Origin: Marsupella aquatica
Taxonomy: Eukaryota; Plantae; Marchantiophyta
Assembly: GCA_973895155.1 (NCBI GenBank)
Contig: OZ316891.1
Coordinates: 9,549,875-9,613,874 of the forward strand
Direction: 5' to 3'
DNA: 64,000 nt
The translations under genes were made by a program, and so were the position numbers. Below the pieces are notes generated by a model. That model was not told where the DNA came from. It made no database searches and saw nothing but the letters and a program-made list of their open reading frames with translations. This document shows positions 25,501-37,975 of the stretch, in pieces; position 1 is the stretch's first letter, and each line of letters starts with the position of its first letter.

Positions 25501-28359
25501 TTCGCCAAAATTACACCAGGAAAAGAGCATATCCCTTGCATCGAGTTCTAAGGAATCTGCCTTCTTTTGTACTGTTTGCATGAAGCTATGGCTCTTGCGT
25601 TGGTTTGAAATGAAGTTCATGGTCTTTGAGCTTCAATTAAAACATTTAAAACACATCCAGTTGTGGTAGGTTCACATGACTTATGGGGATTGAGATGCGC
25701 TTTTGGAATCAACGGCAGGTGCATGTTCCCATCGTGTTGTTGCACGAGTAGTAACGTGGATTGAGATAAAAGAATTGGTGGTAACATCTTTTGGCCCACC
25801 ATTTGAAGTTGTGGGGCTGACGGAATTTGGATGGATAGTTCCGCCACAATTTCCTAGCAAAGAGAGGACCAGTTTGCCAGAATAAGGACAAGGCAAATAT
25901 AAATAAGCGCACCAAAGAGCACTTTTTTAATAATATTATAGTTTGTTATCCGTGATTCAGTGGGCTTACAGACTTTGGATGGACAGTTCCACCACAATTT
26001 CTTAGCAAGAAAGGGGACCAGCTTATTTTGATCAGGTAACAAAAGGCAAAATTTGAAATTGCCATGGACCTCAAGGTTGGTCTTTGAAGCCCCCATGGAT
26101 CACATTTCTCAAATTTGAGTTTAACTGTAATAATTAGATATTCATAAATTCAGATTTGTTTGTTTGTTTTGGGGTTATCCTAGAGGAGTGGGTAAGCTAA
26201 TTCCATCAAAGTGACATTGCATTTGTGGTCATCTTGGTTGACTTTTTCATCATAAAATGCAGAGGGGTATGTTCCACTAGGACAGTTATTTTTCACTGCC
26301 TTAATATTAAATACGAGCCCTACGCCAGTGCAACTGCACTGTGCAAGGAGGGCCGATGCCTGTGCCTCGTCTGGCCTTTGTTTCATTCGGTACTTATCTC
26401 GCGGACTCAGTCACAGTTGAGACTTACATATCACTGTTGTAGCAGCCATGCGCCGGGGCAAGGAGCCAAGGAGGGCCCGAAGCCCTATAATTTGTGCAGC
26501 GAGGCCAGGCGAGGCGAGGGGAGGGCGTCAGCAGCCCTATAATGAGTGCACGGACTCCACAGAGGGGAGGAGTATTAATTGCAAGGAGGGCTCGAAGCCC
26601 TATGTGCAAGGCATCCACCCTCTTGCCAACTCGCCTTCATGATGCCCTCGATGCCACGCGCCCTCGCATCCTTGATGCCAGGCATAATGAGTGCACAAAG
26701 GGGATCACGAGTGCAAGGGAGCATTTGCACGGGACTGCGCCTGCCTGCGTGCCTCATAAGATGATATTAAAAGATCGGACGGATACAAAAAATCAGATTC
26801 TTGTATCTGACGGTCAAGTTTGATTCCCGCTGAAATTCAAATTTTGTAACGGGACAACGGAAAAAATTGGCAAAATGTGCGACATTGCCTATTATAGTGT
26901 TTGATTTGGTATGGGCTTTTTTTAGTCTCATAATCATCATGTTTTGGGCCCCAAACTCCCTTGGACCACCAAAATATGGTCCAAGAGAGTGTAGTATCCA
27001 ATGGTCCATCCTGGCTTCAGTTTCAACAAAAAGTAACATTTAAAATAACTAAAAAGGAGGACCAAAGAGCATTATTTTGTGATAACCTACAGTAATAAGC
27101 ATACAATAACATTTGCTCCCATTTTTTGGGTACATGAGCATTCCAGTTGGTCCTGAGTTTTGAATAAGAGAACATAATTATGCAGTCTGTTTGACCTTGG
27201 TGGCATTGCATCCTAAGTCTCCCCTCTAGGGTTAAGTTGAGTTCCAAACCAAAAATGGGCACATTCATTCTGTAATGAGTAACCTAAACAATCTGGTTTT
27301 TTCCCAGAGCAAACTTCCAGGTGGTCTTGAGTTGGAGTCTAGATAAGCTCATTTTTGCAATCTATGCATTAGATAAGGGCTATAGTTGAGTTAGCACCTG
27401 AGTTGCCAATCAGAGGTTGCCACATCAGCCGATGGTCTCCCATAAATTCCTGCTTATGGTTTTGAAAGCTGGCATTATAAACCCATTAAAGACTATAATA
27501 TGTCAAGGTTGCGCCTTTTTTTTGAAGTAGTTGTCATTCAAATGTGCAATATCCAAAAAACATTAATCATGTCAAAGAGAAGGAATAAAGGCTATATTAA
27601 ATTTAGTGTGCACCAAACAAATAATAAGTGCAATCCAAACAAGAGGGGACTCAAACTGGACACACAAAGGAGGGAGCCAATGGGACACACAAAACAAGGG
27701 GGCGAATGCACATGCATGAGTATTAAGTAGGTTCCAGATCCATACACAAGAAATACAAAAATAAATAATGTATGTGATACCATATATTATTGCAAGTATT
27801 AAAATATTGCATAATATAAAATGGTAGTAATTTAATTAAAATAGGTTAATTAAACACAATAGGTTAGATGATAGGGAGAATGTCAAAAGCTATAATAAGA
27901 TGTTAATTTTTTTATAGCATGGTAGTCATTCAAATTTGCAATATTCAAAACATGAAAAACATGAAAGAATCTAACCAACTAGAAGGAATAAAACCAAAAA
28001 AATCAATATTGTGAATGAAAATGGAAAGCAATGTTTCGAAGCAAAAAATGAATCTAATAGTACAAAGAAAATAGGGAGGGTCTCTAGCAATGCAGGAGTA
28101 TCAAAGAGACCTCCCTAAACCATGTACCATTACAATCTTGATCCTGCCCCTTTACAAACTTAAAAAAGTGAGAATCAATCTTGAATGTTCATCAATAAAT
28201 AGTTTTTTCCACACTGTCAGAACTATCCATACACCCCTTTTAAAAATGCCCAAGCTACCCTTTAACCTTTCCATATCTGCCACAATGAAATTTTTTTGAA
28301 TAATAATTCTATTTTTTGAAATAATTTTGAATATAAATAAAATATATAGAAAATATTTT

Positions 28360-29501
28360 CTCATCTTGACATCTTTTCTTCATATGAAGATCTTCTCACC
28401 TCAAGATCTTTGCTCATCTTGACATATTTTGCTCACCTCAAGATCTTTTCTCATCTCGACATATATCTTAGTTTTCTCTCCTTGACATGTTTTCTCATTT
28501 CGCCATCTTTTCTCTCCTTGACATATTTTTCTCACCTCAGAATGTTTTTCTCTAATCGACATCTTTTTATCATCTTGCCATCTTTTCTCTCCTTGATATA
28601 TTTTTCTCAGCTCGAAATGTTTTTCTCTCATGGACATCTTTTTTCACCTTGACATATTTTCTCCACCTCAACATGCATCATTTGTGCAATGCACAGGTAT
28701 CAGGCGCAAGATGTATCACGCCCAAGATGTACTTAACAACATCTTTTACTTCTGTCACAACATCTTTGACTATTGACATACTTTATCTATTGACCATTTT
28801 GTACTAACTTAACAACATTTTAATACTTAACGACATCTTTGGCATAACGACATCATTGACATGATATCTATTTACTTGACGACAATTTTTTACTTTATGA
28901 CCTTTTGGGCAACATGCCATCCTTTTTCTTAACAACATCGTTGAACTTCATGACATCTTTCACATAAGAATATCATTCTTGGGAAACACAACATATTTTC
29001 TCGTAATAACATTTTGGGTGCCACAACACTTTTCTCTTAGCGACATCTTGGGGGACACCACATCTTGGGCGCCACAACATCTGTTTTCTTAACGATCTCT
29101 TGGGTGCCACGACATCTTTATTTTTATGACATTTTGGGCAACACAACATCTTTTTTCTTAACGACATCTTTTGTGCAATGCATGGGTATTTTCCCTCAAC
29201 GATGTCTTGGCTGAGATGACAGCTTTTCCCTCAACGATGTCTTTGCTGACATGATATGTTTTTTCTCAACGACATCTTGGCTGACATGACAACTTTTTTT
29301 CAACGAGTTCTTGGCCGACACAACATCTTTTTTCTCAATGACCTCTTGGCCACTTAACACGGCATCTTTTCTCTCCACGACCTCTTGGCCGACAATACAT
29401 CTTTTCTATCAACAACCTCTTGGCCGACACGACATCTTTTTTTCTCAACAACATCTTGGCCGACACGACTTCTTTTGTGCAACGCACGGGTATTGAGCTA
29501 G
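28360..29501 (+). mobile_element. Non-autonomous Helitron 3' portion with internal minisatellite; 5' end not located
   Basis: Ends in GTGC-AAC-GCACGGG (hairpin, 29477-29490), then TATTGAG, then CTAG|T (29498-29502), which is the canonical Helitron 3' terminus. It is preceded by degenerate ~16/33-bp repeats (ACGACATCTT...). Confidence 0.7.
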
Positions 29502-30922
29502 TATATAATATTGAATGCGTGGACTACGACCTACTAGTATGCATACCGTGTGATCATGTCAAGTACAGACCCTGTTTAATGTCTTGACTGAACATGCGGT
29601 TTCATGTTTGTGACACATGGAATTATGTATTACTGCTTTATGGGATGGCCCTGGCCCCTAAACAGCCAAAGAGGGTCACACGTATGACCTGAGCACACTA
29701 CTAGCGAGGTAAGTTACCTCCATGCAAGGACCCGTTTATTGCTACTGAGCAAAGAAAGGTCAAGTCACTCTCGGACCTACCCATGATCTACATGGCTATG
29801 TCAGGATAAAGTAAGAATTGCATAAACAAATCTTTGGGAGTGCTTCTATGGCACTCTCCGGGGGTCTCACTATATGGGGACCTCCCTATCACCTGCAACA
29901 TTTTTTGGCCTCGAACCCCCTAAAATTTAAGATTTTTTTTAATTTTTAAACCCCTATAAAGTTGGAATATTCTTGGAATATTCCAAGAATTGGATTAAAA
30001 AGACCCTAATGTTCTTACAAGTCTCAAAATTGAATTTAAAAGACCCTATTGTTCTTCTACAAAAATTCTTAAGTCTTTCCTTAGAACCAATAAAATGACA
30101 CTATCCTTTGTCGCATGTGATATGTCATTTTTGTGGAAGTGAAACCCCCGAGGACACTCTTAGACTTAGCCCATTTCCAGGCTGCATGTTGCCCAATTGT
30201 TGGTTGTGTTTGTTGAATTATTCTAAGCTTCAGACCAAAGTGCTTCCAGTGTAGCTCACTTTGGAAATGTTTGTGGTCATTACAAAAGTGGTTTATCCAT
30301 TTGATATCCATCTAATTTGTAAGTGTAAGAAATGTATTTGAAATTGACAAGCATTTTGGATGTTGATCTCTATTTTGCATTAGAAATATATATTTTTGAA
30401 GTCAATATGCATCATTTATTGAATATTTTAGGTGACCATGATTGACTGGATGTCATAGAAATGACATCAATCAAATGTAGAAATTTTCACTAATGTACGT
30501 ATGTTACATTAAATAAACATCAAAATGACCCAAACTGATTTTTGTGACGATGAAAAGAAATTTCGTACACCTAATGAGCTAAACCCTGCTACATGTATCT
30601 TCCCCAGAAATCACCTCCCAGTGAACTACATCCATTAGAATGCATGACCCGCTGCATATAAATAATGTAAACTTTAAATGGAGCAGGCTCAGGCAACTGG
30701 AGGAGAGTATATCATTGCACTTCTAGCTAGGGACTTGTCTCCCTTGGTGTATTAAACCTGGTAGACTGTGTATTTTGAAAAGGGAAGAACTCAAAATGTG
30801 AACTCACTGTAGGGGTTAATTAATTTTGCCTATCTATCAAACACATTTGCCAGTGTCAGCCTCCCTGCCAACTGACTCAGCTGAGGTACAGTTGAGCTCA
30901 GAGCCCCATAATTGCTTAGAGC

Positions 30923-31428
30923 ATTTTACTAACCTATCCCCCAAACTACCCGATATTAGTAGCATGCCCCCCCAAATAAAACTTATTATCAACCAATCCC
31001 TCATTTGGTATTGGGTTCAATATTAACTAGTATATGAGTTCAGTTGCCATGATTGTGGCAACTCAATATTTGCTAGCCTTAACCTGCTGGCACCCCCTTC
31101 AACCCCCTGGCTTTCCCCCTTGCAGGGCATAGTTGCAGGTCCGGGAGGGGCAAAAATACATCATTTTTTGCTCCACACTCACTCACAAAATCCCGACACT
31201 TTTGGCCCTGGCTCATTTTTACTCAAAAAAATGCAGCGGGGAATTGAAGGGGGCCCGAGGGATGGTGGAGGGTTAAGGATAGGCACTAGAGAGTTGCCAC
31301 ATGGCAACATGAACCCGTATATAAGTTAATACCAACCCAAGTACAAAATGGGGGATGGGTTGATAATTAATTTTGTTTGGAGGACATGTTAATAATATTG
31401 GGTAGTTTGGGAGACAGGTTAGTAAAAA
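30923..31428. mobile_element. MITE/foldback element with ~140-bp imperfect terminal inverted repeats
   Basis: TTTTACTAACCTATCCCCCAAACTACCCGATATTA...GTTGCCATG..TGTGGCAACTC (30924-31064) is mirrored by GAGTTGCCACATGGCAAC...TAATATTGGGTAGTTTGGGAGACAGGTTAGTAAAA (31291-31427). No clear TSD. Confidence 0.75.
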
Positions 31429-33801
31429 ACTGTACATGCTTAAATCATTGTATCAGGATCCTAGGTGCTGCTTTGAATTGCTTTGATTGAATGATTGATG
31501 TTGCTTAGCTTGTTGTGATTGATTAGTTGAGGTTGAATTGAATCTAGAGACTTACATCTATACTGCGCCCATGACTCCCCACAGATTCAACAGAGCCAGC
31601 TTGTTTGACACCTTCTCTACCTCTGTGATTGAATGATATACACTAGGGTGTGTCAGAGCACTACCCTAAGCTAAGTCTTATGGCTAAAAGTTAATGGCCA
31701 TACCATCCTTATGGGGCACCTATTTTGGTAGCCCATAATATTACATTGCAGCAATAAATAAAATAAAATAAAATGTACCAATTAGAATATAACACATGTC
31801 CTATGCATGTATATGACACAAAAAAACTCTAACTTTCTTAGACAATTCCATTGAATATGATTCATTTAATGAGGGCATAATTATTTTTCTTTAAAGAAGA
31901 CCCAACAATTTAATGTACGTACCCTATTTTTCTTCCACAACTTTGGGAATCTTCCGTAAGGACCATGTAATGTCCTTGGCTATATTTTGTTGAATGTGAT
32001 GTGACACTCCGTGGACACTTATATTCCACATCTGTCAGCCTGGAGCTAGAGTAATGCCGCTATATGGCGGGACACCTTATGCCCTATTTTGGCTTATTAG
32101 AAGACCTTGCTATGCATTTTTATTTAAAACTGGCCTAGTCTATAGTCTATCACTTCACTTTGTGTTGGTTCGAATTTAGCAATTATTATGTAACCCCTTT
32201 AATTATGATATATTATCATGTATGTGATGAGAGTTTTATTGTGTAATTCGGTCCTTCTTATTGCATGACAATTTTTGACTCACCAAGCTGCATCAGTACA
32301 GAAACCTAATGCCCTGTAGGTTATATATCTCCATTTGTGAGTTAGAGAGTAATAGGTGTCGCGTAAATAGAGAACCTCTCAATAGGGCCTAAAAGCTATT
32401 GTACAACCTACTCAATACTGGGCTAAATATCGATGAATATAATTAGTTCAGAAAGGCACGTAAGTTGCAAACTAGTAATCATTTGTTTGTATGATTGGTC
32501 ACTGACTTCGCCCCTTGGCTACAGTACTAACGCCCCCTTCACTAATGGTGGCCTCAACTACTAATGGTGCTCCTTTGTGACAAAGGCGCCTCTGGCTGGA
32601 TTGTACGTGTGACAAAGGTGGCCTTGCTACACTTAATGCCCTTCATGATTTTTTATTTGTATTTGTCATGGCATTCTGGGAGCATAATGAGCATTATGCC
32701 CCCGACAAGATCTGGATCAGCTCCTCTGGAAGAGTCTCTTTACTTTTACTAAAGTTAAATAAAATGAAATTATGTCAGGTCTCATAAGTGTACCAAGGTC
32801 CTGTTTCTGGAGGGAGCATTATGGGCAGTAATAGCCCCTCAAAACTCTGGCGCTCATTTTTTGGGGGCATTATATGCCACACGGACCGAGTTTATTGTAT
32901 CCAAATTGTCCTATGGCGCCTTCTCCAAACCAAAGCAAAACCCTGAAATTTTGCCTATGAGCATTACTTTTAGTAAACGTGAGCTCTCTCAAGATTCCAA
33001 GAGTTTGGAAAACAAAACAAGCTTAGTGGAAGAGCCTAATTACATTGTATTGTTTTGTTGAAGCTGGCAACCAAACATTCCATGTTGAAGCTCTGGCTGG
33101 ACTGAGCCATGCAAGCAGTCTTCTGCGGTCGACAGTTTGTCTGCTAGAGGTGGGAAAATACTCATGGCAAGCCCTCGTTGATCCAGCACTGCTACCAGTT
33201 AACACTGCTGCTGCTGTCGATCATCAGGCTGAGCTCAAGTTCGGACCAGAGTTGAATGCTCAAATTAAGCAATCCATACATAGCTTGATGGTCAAGTTGG
33301 GTCAATCAGTTAGCCGCTCCCTTGAGAACGTCCTCACCTTAACTCGTGAACTCCAAATAATTGTTGTTATGAGACAGGCTTGCAGTAGAAGTTCCTAGAT
33401 CCCTGGGTGTTTCGCCCTACTGTTCTGTCACTGAGTTGTTGCGGACGCATTTCCACTTGTTTTTATTCTAACAACTTACAGCAATGACGATGATGACTTT
33501 GTGATGTATCCAAGGAGAGACAAATCTTTTCAACGTACTGTGCAATCGTTTGAACTTCACGGCCGGGACTTCGTGTGATATATGTATTCCCATGGTTGGA
33601 CAATAAGTGACAATGCCAATGGATTCCATAGCTCTTCGAACAATCATTAGTATTCGACATCTGTAATAACAAATTAAAGAAATCTGAACTCTGCATGCAG
33701 TGAACACAACAGTGCTAGTTGATCTTTTGAAAAATCTCAACGCCACCGTACTGAGTGTTGGAAATGAACCACACTCGAACGAAGATGGATACAGCCACAA
33801 A

Positions 33802-33872
33802 GGGCCTGTAGCTCAGTGGTAGAGCACTATGATGTACACGGGAGGTCCTAGGTTCAATTCCTAGCCGGTCCA
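33802..33872 (+). tRNA. tRNA-like sequence (pseudo-tRNA, anticodon arm degenerate) inside the 5' LTR
   Basis: Acceptor stem GGGCCTG/CCGGTCC (one mismatch), D arm GCTC-AGTGGTA-GAGC, T arm CTAGG-TTCAATT-CCTAG. The anticodon arm is short and poorly paired, so no isotype is assigned. Confidence 0.8.
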
Positions 33873-33996
33873 TGCTGTTGAAAGTTCCAACATGGTATCA
33901 GAGCCAAAGAAAAGGAGTTTCCCTTGTAGCGAGTGCGGCTCAAGGGTGGGTGTTGGAAATGAACCACACTCGAACGAAGATGGATACAGCCACAAA

Positions 33997-34067
33997 GGGC
34001 CTGTAGCTCAGTGGTAGAGCACTATGATGTACACGGGAGGTCCTAGGTTCAATTCCTAGCCGGTCCA
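33997..34067 (+). tRNA. tRNA-like sequence (identical second copy) inside the 3' LTR
   Basis: Same sequence as 33802-33872, offset by 195 bp. Confidence 0.8.
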
Positions 34068-34223
34068 TGCTGTTGAAAGTTCCAACACTGAGAAGAACAA
34101 GATTATCCGTTTTCAACCAGTTTGACTTTTCTAAAGGTCTTGATGGGATTTCAGTGCAAGCTTTAAAGATCTCATTCAGTTTACTGATTCTCAATGAATT
34201 CATTTACTGATTCCGTTCTTGCC

Positions 34224-34359
34224 ATTCCATTCTTGCCAGCGTTGCATCGATCCTGGTCTTGTATATATGTGCGCTCCCTGCTGGGGCTCACCTCAGTCAT
34301 TGAGTATCAGTAAACTGAGGTGAGCCCCAGCAGGAACGCAACGCTGGCAAGAATGGAAT
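34224..34359. repeat. Nested perfect inverted repeats (22 bp outer, 21 bp inner)
   Basis: 34224-34245 pairs with 34338-34359, and 34277-34297 pairs with 34314-34334. Confidence 0.9.
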
Positions 34360-34711
34360 CACTGGTCCCGAGGGGGATCAATGGAGATCAACAGACGAGA
34401 GAATCACGTACAGCTAACGAAGTAAGCGATCGTAGTGAGTGCAGGGAGAGATTGCTCCCGTAAATCCTTCCCTCAGGAAGTGGAGCAAATCTCAAGATAG
34501 TAGTACATAATGATGAAAGACACTTGGTCGCGCGCGCTATACACAGGGAAATTTTCCTACATTCCAACCGTTAATCCTCAGAGCGCAGTCGCGCGCTCTA
34601 CAGCGGCGTGGGCCACTATTTAATCCAGTCCAATCCAACCGACAATCATTCTCGAACATTGAATCAATCGAGTAGCAAAGCGAGACAAATGGACCCTTTT
34701 TCATTTTAGGT

Positions 34712-34837
34712 GCCCTCACCCTCGCCCTCACCTCTCTGAGCAATGGCAATTGAGTGACCAACACGTACTTGGAGGCCCTCACCCTCGCCCTCACCTCTCT
34801 GAGCAATGGCAATTGAGTGACCAACACGTACTTGGAG
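34712..34837. repeat. Tandem duplication, 2 x 63 bp
   Basis: GCCCTCACCCTCGCCCTCACCTCTCTGAGCAATGGCAATTGAGTGACCAACACGTACTTGGAG occurs twice. Confidence 0.92.
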
Positions 34838-34844
34838 CACAAAC

Positions 34845-35330
34845 AGCTGGCCAGGGAATGAGCCGGAATGAGCCTACCGAGAGGTCCCAGGTTCAATCCC
34901 CTCCACATGCAAGGGTTGTGAAGGGTATGTGAGGTTCAATCCCCTCCACATGCAAGGGTTGTGAAGGGTGTGTGAGGTGTAGTGGTGAGAGTTCTGGTCC
35001 AACCCTCTCTCCTTCATGGTATGACCCCCCCTTGTGGGTTACCTTAAAGAGGTGCATGGTACCGGGTATGACCCACCTTGTGGGTTACCCTCCAGAGATG
35101 CATGCTCAGGAGTTAATCAGAGGTGCATGGTACCTTGTATGAACCCCCTTGTGGGTTACCCTACAGATGCACGTTCTGGAGTTAATCCTCTATTCTCTAT
35201 TGGATGGGTCAACTTTCAGTATTGAAGGCACCCGAGTTGATCCTCTATCCTCTGTTGGAGGGGCCAACTTTCAGTATTCAAAGAAAAAAAAATGGATGGG
35301 TCAACTTTCAGTATTCAAAGAAAAAAAAAC
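34845..35330 (+). mobile_element. SINE-like element: tRNA-like B box, internal tandem repeats, A-rich tail
   Basis: GAGGTCCCAGGTTCAATCCC (variable loop plus B box, ~34880-34900) with the B-box unit duplicated. GGTATGACCC..CTTGTGGGTTACC occurs 3 times, and CAACTTTCAGTATT occurs 3 times, the last two followed by A-runs. Confidence 0.4.
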
Positions 35331-35639
35331 AGCAGAGATCACATATATGATTATAGACAAGAGAGCTTTAGATACAGACTAGACAATTCGATCCAGGACG
35401 AGCCTATCAACTCTACTTGTCCGAAAGATCACAGAACCAGGGTCTCATAGATTATTAAAACAATTATAAATTTCGGATGATATAACGTCCACTCGTCGGC
35501 CGCGAGAAGTGTTTACTCTGAATAGTCTCGCTAAAACATTTCACACCAACATGGTTCCGTATGCACCGGAATAAGCTAAACATAGGAGTAAAGTCCAAGT
35601 TTACTCTATCCACCATATGAAGCACTACTACCAGGTCGT

Positions 35640-37340
35640 CTATGAGAACGAATGGTTATTCTCCGCAGCCTTGTGGTCTATGTCTGCTTGTGCCATACCA
35701 TCGGCATCCTCACCAGAGAGGTCTTCCAGTGACCGTCCTTTCGTTTCAGGAACGAAAATCGCGGTAAACCCCAGTCCTAGGGTGCAGCATATTGCGAGAA
35801 GTAGAAAACTGTACTCGAATCCAATACCCTTAGGATAACCGGGGTCTGTTGAACCCCCGTGCGAGTCGTCCTGGCTCGCGTACAGGAAACCGAAGGTTCC
35901 AATGATGGATCCCGCCTTTCCTGCGGCGGACGAAATTCCGTGGCAAGTGGAGCGCAGCCTGGCGGGGAAGAGCTCGGCGGGCACGATGAAGGTGGTGGCA
36001 TTTGGGCCGAAATTGGAGAAGAAGAAAGTGAGTCCGTAGAGGATGATGAAAGCCAGAGCGTTTCCGTTCCTATACCCGGTTGGATACGCGGCTAAATCTG
36101 AAACCTGATATCCCCTCAACTTGTAGAAATCGAATGCCAGAATGTACATGAACACGCTCATCATGAAGAATCCCATCAGCTGGATTGGCTTACGACCAAT
36201 TATGTCGATGAACACAACGGTGAACCAGTACCCAGGCACAGTCCCCGCCAATGTAATGAAAGCCTGCGAGCGCGCAATTTTAAAGGTTTCCTCCAGAGCG
36301 CTCATGCTTTTCGGCGGAGAAACCCATCCGGACGCTTGAAACATTCTGGGCTGGAACAGACTCTGACTGTAAAAGGATACATCCAGCAGGAACCATGTCG
36401 TGCAAGTTCCGATCAACTCCATCCCGTGACGTCTAACAAATTCGTTGCTGAACAAACCAAATTCTGAGTTGTGGGTCGTCGCCGCCTTGGCAACTCCAGC
36501 GGTGTCGAAATTCGTGTGGAGAACTCTTTCCATATCGAGGACTGCTTGCTCCTGATTTTTCACGATCAAGGCAGTGTAGCGGGCAGTTTCGGGCATCTTA
36601 GATCTAGAATAGAAGGTCAAGGCAGCAGGGACTGCTCCGAGCATGAGTACTATCCGCCACACCCAATCCGCGTGCGGTGCAACAGAAGGATCGTTGTCTC
36701 CTGTATGGTTCGTCGCAGCACTGAAAGGTAGACGAGGATCAGAATTGTTGAATATGGCAGTAACACTGAGAGTCACAGCAGCTGCTGCGAGATATCCAAT
36801 TCCTTGCATTGCAAACACCGCAGCGACAAACGCCCCTCGCGTCCTTGTGTTCGAGTACTCCGACATGATGGTCGCAGACAGGGGGTAGTCTCCTCCAATG
36901 CCAAACCCGAGCCAGAACCGGAAGAAGCAGAGGGTGGTGATCACGGCGGTCGGTGAAGTACCAATTGATAGACCTTGGCCAAGCGAAGCAACGACCATTA
37001 GAGCCAGCGTGATTCCGTAAACTCTCTTTCGCCCCCATCTGTCTCCGGCCCAACCGAAGAAGAGCTGGCCGAAGAGAGTCCCACAGAGAGCCACTCCAAG
37101 AACACCAGCAAGCGGAACGGGAGGAAGAGTTCCCGGCTTAAGCTTAGAGGGATCGAGAGAGGCATGGGGATCATAATAGTAGATGCGACCGAGCAGCTTC
37201 TGCACGCATGATATTACAAAAAGATCATAAGCATCAGTGAAAAATCCCATGCCTGCGATCACGATTGCCTTGAAGTGGTACGTTTGCGTCTTCGCTCTGT
37301 CCAATGCTTTTAGCACTGGGTTGCCCCCTACGCTCGCCAT
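35640..37340 (-). CDS. PHT1: PHT1-family H+/inorganic phosphate transporter, copy 1 (intronless CDS)
   Basis: [13 protein letters not shown], the PHT1 signature [43 protein letters not shown] and PETKGRSLE. The first in-frame ATG is at 37340. Confidence 0.97.
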   Translation of the reverse strand: MASVGGNPVLKALDRAKTQTYHFKAIVIAGMGFFTDAYDLFVISCVQKLLGRIYYYDPHASLDPSKLKPGTLPPVPLAGVLGVALCGTLFGQLFFGWAGDRWGRKRVYGITLALMVVASLGQGLSIGTSPTAVITTLCFFRFWLGFGIGGDYPLSATIMSEYSNTRTRGAFVAAVFAMQGIGYLAAAAVTLSVTAIFNNSDPRLPFSAATNHTGDNDPSVAPHADWVWRIVLMLGAVPAALTFYSRSKMPETARYTALIVKNQEQAVLDMERVLHTNFDTAGVAKAATTHNSEFGLFSNEFVRRHGMELIGTCTTWFLLDVSFYSQSLFQPRMFQASGWVSPPKSMSALEETFKIARSQAFITLAGTVPGYWFTVVFIDIIGRKPIQLMGFFMMSVFMYILAFDFYKLRGYQVSDLAAYPTGYRNGNALAFIILYGLTFFFSNFGPNATTFIVPAELFPARLRSTCHGISSAAGKAGSIIGTFGFLYASQDDSHGGSTDPGYPKGIGFEYSFLLLAICCTLGLGFTAIFVPETKGRSLEDLSGEDADGMAQADIDHKAAENNHSFS

Positions 37341-37975
37341 CTCCACGTACTGGACTTGCTAAATCTACGACAGGTTGGTCAGAAATTAAAAGTAGAAGAC
37401 AATTCGGGGATGAATGGCCGTCTAGCTCCACCGACGAGCTAATCAATCGGGCAGTCCTCGATCATGGGGATTGAATTCGAGCCTGCTGGCAACGTGGAAG
37501 TAAGGCTCTGCGAGACCTTATGTATCTGTAACTCTAGCCCATACGTGATGATGTTCAGCGATTCGATTGGGAGCGTGTCTGGTCGGGAAACGTGAGAAAA
37601 CGGTAAAACAGTTTGAGCTCGATTCAATCTGTCTTTCTCCGTCAACTGCTACTGAACCACCCCATTCTTTCCTTCGGCAGTGCCACGTACTTCATCAAAA
37701 GCGGACGATGACACTGATGTTGTTGATACTTGGTACCGGATCTATGCAAAGCATATGTCGGAAGGATTCGCCGTGTCTGGATTTTTCCAAGAAAAAGTGT
37801 TGTGTCTGCATATCTATGCGCATAGAAGTTATCCAGAACGCCAAACTGACCCATATTTATGCGCATATAAGTCAGCCAGAGCTCCATAGTGATCACTGTG
37901 TGGAGTACATAATGGATTAGAACGGAAGTTGGGGAAAAAGGGTCAATAGAAAATACCGAGCGATCAATGCTCTTA

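Larger units (their letters stand above)
33756..34087 (+). mobile_element. Complete TRIM (miniature non-autonomous LTR retrotransposon) with tRNA-derived LTRs
   Basis: Identical LTRs at 33756-33892 and 33951-34087, bounded by TGTTGGAA...TTCCAACA. PBS TGGTATCAGAGCCA at 33893-33906. Purine tract AAGGGTGGG at 33942-33950. TSD CTGAG at 33751-33755 and 34088-34092. Confidence 0.96.

Noticed and set aside
33802-34067. Two functional tRNA genes in tandem
   Set aside because: The anticodon arm is malformed, and both copies sit inside LTRs with PBS, PPT and TSD. They are parts of a retroelement.
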